NCBI RefSeq assembly: GCF_964204645.1
Contig: NC_134033.1
Coordinates: 12,408,655 to 12,472,654, forward strand
DNA from: Tubulanus polymorphus
Taxonomy: Eukaryota > Animalia > Nemertea
Direction: 5' to 3'
DNA length: 64,000 bases
A program made the translations under genes and the position numbers. Below are positions 12,901 to 27,135 of the stretch, piece after piece (position 1 is the first letter of the stretch; every line of letters begins with the position of its first letter). The notes beneath the pieces are model-generated. The model had not been told where the DNA came from, did no database searches, and was given only the letters and a program-made list of their open reading frames with translations.

Positions 12901-15900
12901 TCTAAGTTTTAGGGATTGAATCTAATTGCCCGCTTACAATCGCAAAGAAGGTTGAATTTGCCAAACTCGTATAGATATTCATTTCTGGTTTCAGGGATTA
13001 AGGGGTTAAGGGGTTAATCCAGCCGGCTTCGGATATGTAGCAGTATGTGCGGATACTAACCAAATCAGTGACGTAATTATTTCTATACCCACTCGAATTG
13101 CTAATTAGTCATCGGTACTTTAAATCTAATTAATCAATTAAACCCCGTGATTGATAAATGTCGGCCGACCGGCTATTGGTCATCATCCCTCCTAAGAGAT
13201 GTCACGAGCGATATGGGAATGTGGGGCAAATTATGGAAATTGGTCCATTGTTTGTTGACGGTGGCAGTAGCAGTCATTAGAATCAGGATAATTGTATATC
13301 GCGCGCTTAGATAACGACAAGGGTTAACCGACATATGTCACTGCAAAGTCGCACGTTCGAGTAATGAGCACAACCACCACCACTGTCCATTCCTGCTGTG
13401 CACTTGAGTTGTGTGGTCGTGTGTTTGGACTCCAAATCTTGTTGTGTTGGTTTTCTTCGACTCTGGATCCAGCTCCACAGTTATGTGGATTTACTTTGAC
13501 TGCATATAGTTCCACAGTTGTATGGGTTTAATTTGACTCTTGGCCAAACGCGTGACTCCCTCAAGTTCGATTAGCATGAACTCTATTTCATCTCTTGCGA
13601 AGAAATTTGAATTTAAGTTTGAAGTTTCAAATGAATGATATCATTGTCGACGGAACAAAGAATCGACAGAAAACAATATATATGCAAAGTTCCAAGAGAA
13701 GAAAATGTATTTGTATCCTCGGCATCCGTTCTGTTGACGCGTGATCGTGATTACGATCGTCCGCATTATAGCGCGTACCGGTAGCAGGTGATTGTCCCAT
13801 GCACGATCGCACGCTCTTTGAAATTCGATACCTCGGCGCGCAATATGCGCGAATGATTTTGAAAAAAATAGATAGACTTATCGGAAAATTAGTTTTTGTC
13901 ATAAGTTGAAAAAACGTGGCCGATGAATAGACGAATAGAGCAAGCCGACTAGAGCGTTAAACATACCCTGCAGAAATGGACTAATTCTAGGTAATTTTCC
14001 AAGCAGGGGTTCGCATAGATACCAGTTATATCTAAAGTTTCTGATAATGAACTGAAATATTTTCCGAAAGAGCATTTTTTCTCACAGGAGGATGAATAAC
14101 ATCGCCCGGATATATATCGAAAATTTCTCAGATCGCTTACACACTTGTTATTCATCCTGAGATGGAACAAAAAATTCATCGTTTTAATCCATAAAAACAA
14201 ATTGTCCTCGAAAGATGAGGAACATTGGCAGTTTGTTTGACATGGTGGTTGTTGGATTAAAAAAAGACAGGATCCGCTTTCGCAATCAATTATCGGGAGG
14301 GATAAAATACAAAAAATGAACTAATTTTACTGTGGAATTGGTTCCACAATAAAAGCAGTCCTTATAGGATTTAACGTAAACTGGACCGAGCACAAACGGT
14401 TTCGTCGAAGAGCTGGCCATTTCGCCATTCTCAGTGCGACTAATCAATGTAATTGACGGGGTTAATGAGTGCAAGTCTTCACAAACTCCACCATCTATTA
14501 CGTATATCCCGAACGTCATGAAACAAATAAAACCCACAGCCCCAATTCAGCTGATCAGACTTGAGAAAAAAAGTGCAATCCAAATTTGAGGTTATCGAAT
14601 TTATATTTCGCAGCAAAGATATAAAGTTGCAGCTGAAAAGCTGTGACGGCGGTTATCAGTAATTCATGTAAGATAACGGTATTGTTGGTTAGTGAGGTCT
14701 GTTCGGGCAGGTGGCCTCAAGAGGGTTCATTGATGACAATAGTACTGGTATTTTCCGATGGCGCAGATGTCCTCGTCGACTTCGTGTGTGTGTGTAACTC
14801 AGCTGCGTATTGCGTTTTTCCAGCTATAGGACTTTTTTTTAAAGAAAATGATGCTGACGTGTTGACCTACACGTACACCCAATGAACCCTACGCTGATAT
14901 ACGAACGAACTGTCAAAACCAAATTTTGAATTAGTAGTTGAAGTGACTGAAATATAGAAAATCCTCAAGAGTAATGAAAAAATTAAGTCAGAAATGTTTC
15001 CCTGGGTGAATAGATCCTGAGTTCATTCAACAGTTTGACTATCTTTATGGATATTCCTGTGAGTGTAAGTCTGTTATCGTGAAAAATCTAGGATTGGAAA
15101 AATCGTTCTCATCTTTGCCCACGGTCCCGTAGTGCAACAGCTTAATCTCCCACAATGCAATACGATGACGGACGGATGTCGGAAGATCCAGGGATGAAAG
15201 TCCACCTCGAAAGGTTAAAAAAAAATCAAAATGGTTCCCACAGTACAGGGAAATTGGGGAAAGTCATTTACATTTCACGTATAGCATTTGCCAAGGGCAA
15301 CTTTCTTCATTTCTCTTCAAGAAATCATCTTTATCAACCATTCACCGTTACTGTTGACTGCAGCATGATTATTTCTGTTCATTTTTACGAAGGTCCCATT
15401 TCCATTTTGGGAAATTTGAAAAATCAACCATGAAATACTTGGGAATTTTTGGTAAAACAAAACATAACCCACAACCTTAAGAGTGCATCGTAACTTTTCG
15501 TTCCTGCATCTACCAGAACCCGGCCGCTTGCCTTCTGCGCGCGCAGAGCGTCGCGTGTCTTATACTTGAAAAACTTCTTGACACAAATTAACAACAGCGC
15601 GCGTCGTTTTAACTAATGGGCTAAAAATCGTCTGAAGAACCCTTCACATTTTCTATCTCTGCCTCTCTCGTCGGGTGAACGCATCTGTACCGATTACAGA
15701 TCTCTTTATTGTCGACATCGTCAAAACAAAAACTGCGCCGCCGTCGATAAACTCATCGAATCGTCTGCCATATGTTGCGTTCAGATTTTTGTCTAATCAT
15801 AATTATTTCGAGAAATGGTATAACAGCGTATGTACCGTACGCCTGTTATCTTGCGCGAATGGCCGCCGCCGGCCAGCGATATGTACCGGGCATACCGGGT

Positions 15901-16194
15901 ACCGCGTTGTTGACATTTAAAAAATTTAATTCGCCGTGACATTGAAATCATTGAAAAACAACAACAATTGGATTTAGAACATTCACTGGTGAATGTTAAA
16001 TGTATGACATCTCATGTTTTATATCACGCAGTTTGGCCTATCCGCAGCGCGCTTTCACCAAAGCGTAAACAGGCTTCAGTATTCATTTCACGGAAATTAC
16101 TGAACCGGTCACACATAAGATACCAACTAAATCTCCTTCCAGGGGATAAGAAACATTCGCAGCTTTATTGCACGACTTCGGGGCTCTGATCTAT

Positions 16195-16300
16195 AGTACC
16201 AGTCTAAGCCTTCTTGGTTCAATATAGCAAACTATGTCAGACCAGTCTTAAGATTTACGACTTTTTGGACTCAATTTGTCACTGCACAGCTACTGCACCC
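16195..16300 (-). mobile_element. Decayed MITE fragment, homologous to 40110-40255
   Basis: Reverse complement gagtccaaaaagtcgtaaatcttaagactggtct aligns with aagtccaaaagtggtcttaaatcttgaaactagttt near 40116. Confidence 0.5.
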
Positions 16301-19051
16301 CTTTGGGGTTGAAGATTTGTTAAAGTCTGTTACTAAGCTACTTCATGCAGACTGGCAACAAGGCGGGGGGGGGGGTGGCCGGCGCAGTTACCTATATATA
16401 GTCAAATACATAACGGTTCTTCTTAAGGCCCTGAACTATATGTTGGGCCTATTACAAAGTCCTTTGCCAGTCCCAGGAGGAGGATTCTACATTCAAGGAC
16501 ACTTTTTCCAACGTTTCTGGGGGGGGGGTAATCAGCCCTCTTGCATTCCATCCCGTTTTACAGGCCGGATAATATTTCGTATATATTTCGAATGCAACAT
16601 GACTCATGACTGAAACTATTTCACATTTGAAGATATTTTATCCGCACTCCGCGGTGGTTTTTTTCAATTCGCCCGTGGTTTATGTAACTGTTGATGGAAA
16701 CATCGACGCGGCCACCTGGGCACTTATCTGAATTCCTCAGCGCCCAAGCACCGCCACTACAGATAAACGAAAGAAAAAGAAAGTTTCGCTCGGAGCTGAG
16801 ATATCTGTACCGTTTTATAGCGCGGCATTCCGCGCGCCGGAAAATGTTTTCTAATAACTTTGCACGCTTTATCAGCACTCAATAAGATAAAGAAACATTC
16901 TCTTTTTACTTTATCGAAGATGTTTCGCCTCGACGTTATATTAAACATTGTGTACACCAGGGATGTTATAAACATATGTTTATAACGGGGATGTTTCTAT
17001 AACACAAATTCGTTGTTTTCGCTGAGGTTGTTTTTTTTTTGTATAATAATTCCTCGGTCCCCTGCAGCCCGCGTTGCGTACGCCACCAGCCGACCGCAGC
17101 AAAGCGAAAAAACGCCAACGCGAAAAATCGCCGTCGCATTTTTTGTTCCCTGCAGGAATCCTATACCGCCAGAGAACCAGCGCGTAACCCTATCCGGTCA
17201 GTTAGAGATATTTGTTCTAGGTTCAGTCAACAAATACCCGTTTAATGCCGATATTCGGACGGTATTTTCTGGCCCGCTACGAAAACAACTCGCTTTTAAC
17301 GAAGTGGCTAATCAAGTTGTTGTTTTTTGTCTACCGCGTTTTACAGATTGGGATCCACGTATTTATTCTGCACTACGCGATACCGGCTACGATAAATATT
17401 CGGCTGCGATTATGAGACTGTAAACCGCGCTCGTAAAAAAGCCACCCGCGCAGCGCATCAGCAGGCACGACTGCGGTCGAACAATTCCACGAAGTTGACG
17501 AGAACCAGGCTTGAAAGAAGTTATGCCTTGTCGGGGGCGAAATCTGAACAAAATCTACCCAATAAATGGATTGAGAAAATCATTCAAAACGCTGTATTCG
17601 AAGTCTATAGTTCCGCATTTTCCCGCAAGTTGGCAGCACAATACGATGCGGGGATTTTTTCCAAATCGCCGGCTTTTCAGAATATCGGCGAATTTGATAC
17701 CGAGCCGATCCTTGAAAAAATATAATGCCTTAACAAAGGTAAATATGGCTTAGGGAGGACAAAACTTCTCAAAAAATCAAAGAAAAGCGCCTAAATTTAG
17801 TTCGAAATTAGGTCTAGGTTTCTAATAAGAACGATGAATAACTTGATATAAGCAACTTTTTGATATTCGAAATTGTACTGAACACAGGATTTCGTGAAGA
17901 GATTGAGAGCTTATTTAAAAAGATTTATATGAAAAATTAACTTTCTTCTCAACGTTTCGTGCGAAAAATACTCCGGATAATTCATTTGAATGTGAGTTTA
18001 GCCGGTTGGCTGATATTTTGTCAAATGATCTCGTAGAATTTGTGTGTACTGGATTGAATCCTTCCTCATTAGAAAAAAAAACAAAACTATATCATAGCAT
18101 CATTATCGGTCTCTATGTATCGAAACGTAAACTGCACATGGTGCAAAACAAAGAAAAACCATAATAATTTATATCTATACGAAAAATACTGAAAAAATAG
18201 TCAACATTCATATATTATAACACTGCTGTTAGAAATTTCGATCATTTCGTCGTTTCTCGGCTTCACTCAGAGCGGTCTCCCGTCAGCAACGTTTTAATCG
18301 AAATTAATTTCACACCGCGAAATCCGATATAAGTCTGTTGTTGTGAAATGTTTTTTCGCGCGTTTATCGTTAAAAACGTCTGCGCCGCCGCCGCTGCTGC
18401 TGCTGCCGCTGCTGCTGTTGAGTTCATAGAGAGAATTTGATATTTTAAAAGGTCTTTTGCTTCGTCTAGGCGCGCGCGTATGAATACAACAGACGGCGGA
18501 CAAACAAACTCGCGCGCTTAAAAACTCGTCCTTTTTCCCGTCGATGAAATCTAAAACCTAAAGGGTTTATTCCCGTCAAATTAAAAGCCACTTACCTCTA
18601 AAAGTATACACACAAACACACACATGCTTAAACGAATTCACTTTCTTAACTTTCACGGATTTGAAAAGGTCGCGTTGTTTGCCGTCGGAGGAACGGGTGC
18701 GGAATTTACAATAGAGAATTGTGAAATAGAATCCGACAGTATTTAGCGACTGATTGAAGTCCTTTTATTCGTTATTCGATTTGACTATTTGTTTCTTAGA
18801 TCGGGCTACATTTTAAGTGTGTGTCTTTTATGTGATTGACGTTTATTCATGGTGAAATAGAGTTTTTCCGACTGTTTGTTCCTTTCGTGGAGAGGAACTT
18901 AACGGGTACTGTTCCCAATCCCTTATTTAGATAGCAAGCGGATATTTTCTAACACAATTTCTAGACGTCCGTTAACGACGCGCCAGACTTAACTTTGAAT
19001 CGGTTGATAAACGATTTATATTCTCTAAAATCTATCTAATTTTCTTTACAG

Positions 19052-19129
19052 AAAACGGAACGGGGCCGATCGCGAAATCGACAAAAAATATCTTTACAGA
19101 AGTGCCTGAAAAATGAACGGTGTTCAGCG
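19052..19129 (+). other. Candidate 78-nt exon (ATG at 19113 gives MNGVQR, or one frame open throughout)
   Basis: Branch-like ctaat (19036), then ttttctttacAG acceptor (19050-19051) and CG|GTAAGT donor (19130). An in-frame TGA lies just before the ATG. Confidence 0.45.
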
Positions 19130-21663
19130 GTAAGTAAACAAACTATTTTCGAATTACTGTTTGCGAGTTAGTTCGTCGTTTTATGGCCAGGTGGCAGAAG
19201 TAGCTGGGAGGTAATTTGCTCGTAGAAATCGGTGACCGATGTACTGTACTCGACTCAAAATTGTATCATTAAAACTATTGAACCCTAAAGATTTTGGAAA
19301 TGGGCCTGACTGAGTTTAAAAAGGGTTAGATGAGTTAGTTTAAAATGCGATATGATTTATCGAATGCATTCAACTGACGTTATGCTCTTAGACTAAAAAA
19401 CAGCCACGAGCTGATAATGTGCATTAGTGTTGATGACGATAAGGGAATATTTTTGTTAAATTCCGTTTGATCCGCGGCCAGTGGTCAGAAAACTGCGTGT
19501 TATCAAATAATTATCAGTAGCTGACAGCTAGATAATTCTCGTAAAACCACAGGTCGTGAACTCAATTATCCGACAGCATAACCGCCGCTACCGGACTAAG
19601 AGAAAATAGTCATCTTAGAATATTGGTGGACAGCGGGTGGTAGGAAGGCACAGGTCAGCAGAAGTGCCTCATTTTTTCTCATTTTGGCCGTCACATGGTA
19701 CTGTGATATAACAACTTCAGTTATGTTTTTTTTCTGCGCATAACGGCCGATATGACGCGATGACATGACGGGAATGGACTTCAGGGAGAATATATATTCA
19801 TCTATTTGTTTATCAGGGTGGTCACGTGACCGTAGAGTTTATAAAGGAACCAAGCCCTATTTTAGACTTGTCAATAACTTAAAATGGGATAGTTAACCAG
19901 AGTACATATAAATTAAGATTTCCCTGCAGGTCTATAGTTAACAATAGTTAACAATATACAGTTAACAATATTACATGAATAATTTTGGTTTCTTTAGTCA
20001 ATATCTGGTTGGCCAGACGGCAATACAATGATTTAGAGATGAAAGCTCATTCTGATTTGTGACTTTCTCTGCAAGAACCCAAAACTATTGCGCTTCCCTG
20101 TGTCTTAGTTGATGGGGGGGGGGGACAAAATGCCAAGAGCACGCATTCGATGCAGTCACATACGGTTTAGGAATGCGGGACCTGTGGAGTGTAAAAGTCA
20201 GGGGCGACATCTATTTCCAAATTTTTCAAACCAAGCCCGGAAAAGGTAATCAACCTAACCGCTTGAAGGATCGGAATACGTCGCCAACAACGAGTTCTAA
20301 TCAATCAACACGGTGCAATTAACAGCCGGATTATCCCCGGATTAAGCTAATTCTTTCCATCAGAACTTCGCAAGGAATTTTTTCACCACTTCCTCAGCGC
20401 GTTGTTAATTCTACATCTCACACGAGTAGCTGCTCGGCGACACACACCGGTTGCTGCTGCTGCTGCTGCTGCGCGTTCTTGATTGCCGCAGTTGATGCGA
20501 TTTCTTTTGTTAATTCGGCGGATTTTATTAGTTTTATTGCTGATGGAATTCTAACGCGAAGAAATGCGCGCGACTTTGCCGTAATTTCTAATTTGTCAAT
20601 TAAGCGACAGAAATGTGTCTGCAATTTAGGGGTTGATTTCGTTTGTTCGCAGAACAGCAAATTTCTCATTTATGTTTTGCCGTCGCTCTCTCGAGAGGAG
20701 AATTAACTCCTCGCTTAAGCAGCCCTTATTGTCAGATTGTATGCAGCGTTTTTCCTAGAATCTTTTGCACTCATTCCTAACCGCATTTAAGTTATTAGAA
20801 TGAAATCTCGTTGTGAACGTTGTGAACTTGGTCCAGCCTAGAAATTTTGGGTCGCTTGTGGATTACTTAACAGCAGGCTACACATAGTTTTTCAAAGACC
20901 CAGGTTGGCTATTCTTGAATTGAAATCGAGTACGGGTTCCTTATACAGTTTGCTGAATATTAAACCCAGATTTAACCCAGGAGCGAGAACGCTGGAATCC
21001 ACTTTGAAATCAAGGAAAAGGAAGGCATTTGCCAACAAAACCGACACTGAACTTCAAGTTTCTAAATGATTAACGGATAGCAATGTGGTTGTATACGTCT
21101 TACAAGCAGACGCTAGTTAGAAATGTCATTTTACAATTGATATCAAAAGGCTACTTCAATGTATGGACCCTAAAATGATTCGCGATAGAATACGATAGTG
21201 AGCCGGCACACCACCAGGTTGCGCACCTAACAGTTGGTTTATGCCGAGCAATTAGCATCCCGCGCAATTATTCGCACATCAAAAGAAAGAATATGATCAC
21301 TTTTTTCCAATTGACGGTAATTCATTTTCCTTAATCGTCATCAAAGGAGGCGAAACGATTTATATTCCCGCTATATTCCTCGTTTTCGACGACGTCGATG
21401 TTATTCTTGACGTTCGGCAATGATCGCGTCGAGAACTCTGATCAAAGCAAAACTCGTCGATTATTCAATTGTTTGTCGCAAATTGTTTTCGCCGTGTGCC
21501 AGCGTCACTTCGCGCGCGCTCAGCTCGGCTCGCGCACCGGCTTCTTCTGTTACCGACGTCGTTGAGTTATTAATACGTGGAAAATAACTATTATGGAACC
21601 CAATATGCGATAGTTGATTGCCGCCCGCGGTGGAAAAATATTACCGTCATCTTTCAGCCACAC

Positions 21664-21796
<133 letters not shown>

Positions 21797-23109
21797 AGCG
21801 AGGACGACGATGTTTTTCGCTACCGCAGATGTGTGTTGCTGTTTAGGTTTCGTGTCGGCTTCCACAGATGAAGGTACCGCGCGTGGGAACAGAAACAACA
21901 TTCGTCGGGCCCACCCCACGAAACCAACAAAACAAAGCTTCCATAATCAACATTTCCCGATGCCGATGCCAAAACCAAGTGCACCTATAGACAGCATTCA
22001 CAGATATAAAGCGAAACAATGTTCATATCCTATTCTCCCGGCCACCATCAAACCCGCCCCAAGAAACAAACATTGTGTATTTTCTAACTTTCAAAATCTA
22101 ACTTTGATCGCTTCATGAGCTGTATATTCTCGGAGCCATTCCCTTTTGGATCCATACATACGTAGATTCACGCTATCATTTTGACCGGCGTGGAAATTGT
22201 ACCGTCTAGTTACAAGACTGATTTTAACAATAGAATTTGGTCGCAAAAATCTGGCGCATACACAAACTGATGTCATGACACGAGTTTCAAAAACTAAAGT
22301 TTCGCTTAAAAAGTGGCTGCTGAAACCTAACGAAATGCCTACGATTCGGATTCGAGAAAAAAAAACGATCAACTTTTCGATCCACTTTCCTCTCAGTGTC
22401 GACTGAATATTATATATTTATAGGTGATTAATATGGATACTAAAACCGCGACTCGTATTAAACGTGATACCTGTTGCGTTAAGATTGGCTTTAACGATAT
22501 CCGATTAGAGCTCGGAGGTAATATGATCCTTTGATCTGAGCTTGTTGTGTGTCGGTGATTATACAAACCGGTAGGAGTGCGGCGGCCATCACAACGTGCG
22601 AGGTGGTAACTGGCGATCCGTGATACCCGGGGTTACCCACGTGCCAAAATTTGGGCCTGTTCAAAGTTACGGCCGTGTACTCACCTTGGGCCACACGGAA
22701 CGAAAATAAAAATAGCAAGAGCTGTGCCGAACAAAATCTGGATTGAGCAATTGACGAACGAGCCTAAATCCTGGACTTGCGTTCGCGAATTTATTTAATC
22801 GTATAACGAAGACGCGCGAACTGCTTAAAGACACAATTAAAACTTCATTTCACTGTGGTAAACTTTGAAATTAACGAGTATCCGAAAAAAAATCGTCTCT
22901 CGAGAAGCCGCCCCTGGCAGCCATCTCTTCTTTTAGTGATGAATTCTCCTCTGATGTGGTGATGAAGAATCGATTTGACTTTTATGCAAGAATTCAATGT
23001 TAAAACCCTACAATAGACAACTAAATAACAATCAACGTCCAAGCCTCTCCACAAACCTGATTTAAAACTTTGGACCCTCTTTCTGTGCGTTATGGACTTT
23101 TGATCTTAA

Positions 23110-23222
23110 AATAGGGATTGACCCTGTTATTTATTTGGTTGGTAAATATCTTTTTTTTGATCGAGTGTCCCTTACAGACCCACCACACCTGCCGGGAGCG
23201 AAACAGGGGGTTTGAGTTGCAA
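23110..23222 (+). repeat. Dispersed repeat, homolog of 10385-10497
   Basis: acagacccaccacacctgccgggagcgaaac core shared with the inverted copy. Confidence 0.75.
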
Positions 23223-26200
23223 CCAGAAATCGAAGTACAGATAATAGTTGTGTGATCGAATTTACAGAATTTCTTGTTAAAATCTAAGCTGATAATTGGG
23301 AAATATTCGGTTCCAGTTCATTCAAACAATTTCCAACGAGTCTGAACCAGCAGGCGGCAGATTGGGTCAGGGATAGACTGAAAGATCCTCTCTACTGCGC
23401 GTTATTGATTTTTAACCGCCTTCGATTTCAAAATGACTTCGGGCCGTCAAGTACCCCGTATCCTCCTCGATTAGTAGCGCTTTTCGTGGCGATTATTGCC
23501 AGCAACAGGTCCTAAAAACGGATCAAATCTTCTGATTACAGATATTAAAGCCGACCGCTCACACTAGCGCGCGATTGCTACACAACTGTGGAGTGGCTCT
23601 TATACCGGCCGAAATACGGCTAATTACCGATTGCAACAGGTTCTAATGCGGATTTGCCCGATACGAGTGCGCACTCGAGCGACCGGCTGCCAGAGTCGGG
23701 TTTTTAGCGAGATTTAGCAACAAGTCGCCAATAAGCGCGAATAAGTGGATACTTTAGAACCCCGATCGACTGTCCGCTGACCTCCTTCGAGGGGTGTTAG
23801 CTAAGTTATTAACCATGTTGCGAGCGCAGAAATCCGCTTGATTGGGAGATTTCCGTCGCCGTTCGCCAAGATTCGTTAGAATATTAGCCCGCAATGTTTG
23901 AGTTCAACACGAGCACCTGTTAAGACTTTAAGTGTTATAAGTGAAGCGGGTGGAAATAAAAACTCTCGAGTAGAGAGTCTAAATTTCTCTTTCGCCGAGT
24001 ATGACGAAATCGCGTCCGACCCCTGGTGGTTAACATGAGCATTACAATGCGTAGCTGCGCTTCGGTTCTAGATGGCAATATGTCCATGTTTTCATCCACC
24101 GGATATGTTCAGAAACTTTCGAAATTGACGATTAGTCGCCGTCTTCAGAAAAGTTAAGCACATTATAGCAAGTTAAAGACCCCGCAAAAGCTAAGTCCCC
24201 CATTACCGAAAAAGATATTTTCTTTCATTCTGTCATTGATTTAGTTGACGTGTGAAAATGATTTTAGGGACTTTTGGTTAATTTTGCCGAGAAATGACCG
24301 TTATATTCAAAAATATCGAGTTATCATCTGGCAGTTTACAATGTTGTCTGCGCATCGGTTAGCGCACTATATTCTATGGTGGTGAAAAATGGCCATACAA
24401 ACATTGTTCGGACACCGTACCGTTCCGAACTCACCACAAACGGTTTACGAACCGACTCAAAATGTAAACTGCCTTTTAACTAGACATTTAAAAGAAAGAA
24501 GAAAAGATAGTATTTCGAAGGAATCTATATTCTCGGAAATTCCCGATAATTTCGGTTTTGTCCTTTTTTTAGTATTGTCACAATCGTCGGATCCGGTGCG
24601 AGCACTTGTTGCGTGCGGAATTCCTATCGGTTTTCTCGGCGGTGTCGTTGCGGGGCTCGATAGCGAATCGTTAGCAACTTGTTGAATTCGTTAATGAGAA
24701 TTTATCGGATATTTGCGCTCGGCAAACACCGCGCCGCGGTCCACAACAACATCGCTCGCGTATCGGATAAACTCGTTGAGCGGCGGGTAATTTACTGCGT
24801 AAAATAATCCTCATTGATCTGTTTGTCGCCGAGGGCGTGGACCTGGCATTTTCTTTCGCCGGTCGAAAGTTGTTTTGTTGTTTTTTTTTCACACTCCCCG
24901 TTAAGTTTAATTACTTTACTTACTTTTCTACCCGGTACTGCCATCTATGCATAACTGCGCGAACTACGTTTAGGTAGAGAGCTTCGTAATGTGCCGCGAA
25001 TGAATAAGAAATTCAAGTCCCACGCTCGGAAAGCCAAAAAGTCAGAATATCGAAATGTTAGAATTCATCATAGAATCATGAAAATGAGCAGTTCTAGGTG
25101 TCGGATGCAATCCATTCATAAGTTTATCTTTAGAAACTTGATTCCTTCATCAATTCGTGATTAAGGTTTAAACGAATAAGCTTTTAAGGGTGCGTGACAG
25201 TAACGCCCATTATGAAATGGTTCTTGTTCTCAAGATTTTCCTAATCGATAGTGGTGCTGCTACGCTGTCGGGGATACTGCAAAAAAGCAGAATCGATTTC
25301 GAAATCCATCATTCCAACAACCGATTCAGCCCCCAACTTAACCCCGGTGGGTGATTGGCGCCGATGTAACGGGGCTTGCAATTGAGGATCTCATTTCGAG
25401 TGTCCAATAGTAAAAGAAAGATGAAGATTTTCCTAATCGTAATATCTCATGAACAGGGCACGCATCCACGACTCGGCCAGTACCGAAGACCCTATGTTAA
25501 AACCGGCAGGAGTTGGAGGGATGCGCCCCAAAAACAATCATGAAAATCATCTTGGTGCATTGGCTTACGGCTATTCTGTGTTATGGATTGAGTTGGAAAT
25601 GCTTGCGGAGTTCAATGCTCTGTGTAATTCAGTTCACCTTCCAATTAACATGTGGCAGCACTGATAGCGGGCGCGAGGTTTAACAGACTTTAAGCGCATC
25701 AGTCCGTTGAGATATGGAAACTGAAAGCATGGCCCCTTAGTTTTAAAGTCCGTCGTTGATTTTCATTCAAAATCTATGATCAACAAGGACATATCCAAGG
25801 GAAGGTGCATGAAAATGTCAAGTTGCCCGGCAATTTTATCGGAAAATTGAAAATATCAAACTGATTAAAAAGTTTAGATTGATAAGCTGGTTCTATGTAT
25901 TTCCGAAAATAAGAAAATGTGTTTTCGATTGCATGCCCTTTTAATTGTATGATTTGCCCTATTGTTTCCCACCCGTAATCAGACATCCGCTCCCACGTTT
26001 TAGGTTCCGGGTACGTTAGTTCGGGACGTTCCAAGTGAAAACACGTTGAAATTCGAGGATCGGTATAAAAAATAGCGAAAATCGTTAAAGGAAACCTATT
26101 CGAAGATTTTGTCCTTAAGAGTTGATATCATAGATTTATGTTTGCTTCAAATCAACGTCGGCAGCTCAGAGACTGGCAGCTCAGACTGCACTATTGAACC

Positions 26201-26734
26201 TTCCTGGACTCTACAAATACGCTACGTGTTCCGTTAATTATTCACATTCGTTGAAATCCGATCGTGAAACTAAATATTAGCGATAATTTGCCAATGATTG
26301 AAGAGAACAGTGGTCAGCGGGTCCACTCATTCGATGAGTCAGCACGTGTGTAACGCGCGCGGTAAAAATTACCAAGTTCCACCGTGAGTATTATAGGTTT
26401 TAGTATTCACACGGCGCGGTCGACGTCACGTTGATTCCCCTATCGTACCGACACCAGTCAGACTATGTCGTATTCATCCACCGATACAAAAAAAACTGCG
26501 CTGTCGAGATTTGTCACTGTCGCTCGTCGGCTCCCAGGGGGCGCTTTTGACGACTTGAAACGGACATTATCACAGCGGTGAGTGCTACGGCGTTTACCGT
26601 GATTTGATCGTCGTGTGTTCACAATCCGACGAACCATGGATAGAGAAAAAACTCCGGCGAGCTGATCCCGGAAAGAAGCCCTGTTATTGTCAGCATTTGA
26701 AGTATAGCGGACCTCGACTTTATCGGTCATGGCC

Positions 26735-26990
26735 ATCTCGGACTTTTGACTAACTCGGTGATATTCCGTAAAACTGATCCCGGTCTGGAGAGCTACTAAT
26801 CAACGCAGCTATCCATATGTTAACTGTTTCTCACAGGGTTTCATATGATTCTGCTGGACACTCGGAGGACAAAAACGAAATCCTTTTTTCTGACTTTCTG
26901 ATTTTTTCTCCGAACGTTTTTTCATATCCTTTATCCGAACTTCGCTTATATAACTCGGGACGATTTTTCCGAGTTGAAATGCAGGGATGT
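26735..26990 (-). mobile_element. Decayed MITE, homologous to 7000-7150
   Basis: acttttgactaactcgg and aaaacgaaatccttttttctgact match the 7-kb copy in inverted orientation. Confidence 0.55.
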
Positions 26991-27090
26991 TACGTCATTG
27001 ATTCTATAACTATCGATGTCCGGTGGGAGAACTCAGAGAAAAACAAGAAAAAAAGAGAACATTTTTCATTTCCAGGATTCAAGCAGAGTC

Positions 27091-27135
27091 AAACTTTGTC
27101 ACTCTTAGGATTCAAACTATCAATATTGTTGGATA
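27091..27135 (+). repeat. Single unit of the ~70-bp repeat found in tandem at 47345-47583
   Basis: aaactttgtcactcttaggattcaaactatcaatattgttgg vs aacccctgtcactgtcaggattcaaactatcaatattgttgc. Confidence 0.7.

Noticed and set aside
25540-25683. Short ORF MKIILVHWLTAILCYGLS... resembling a signal peptide
   Set aside because: There is no convincing donor or promoter context, and it stops after 47 codons.
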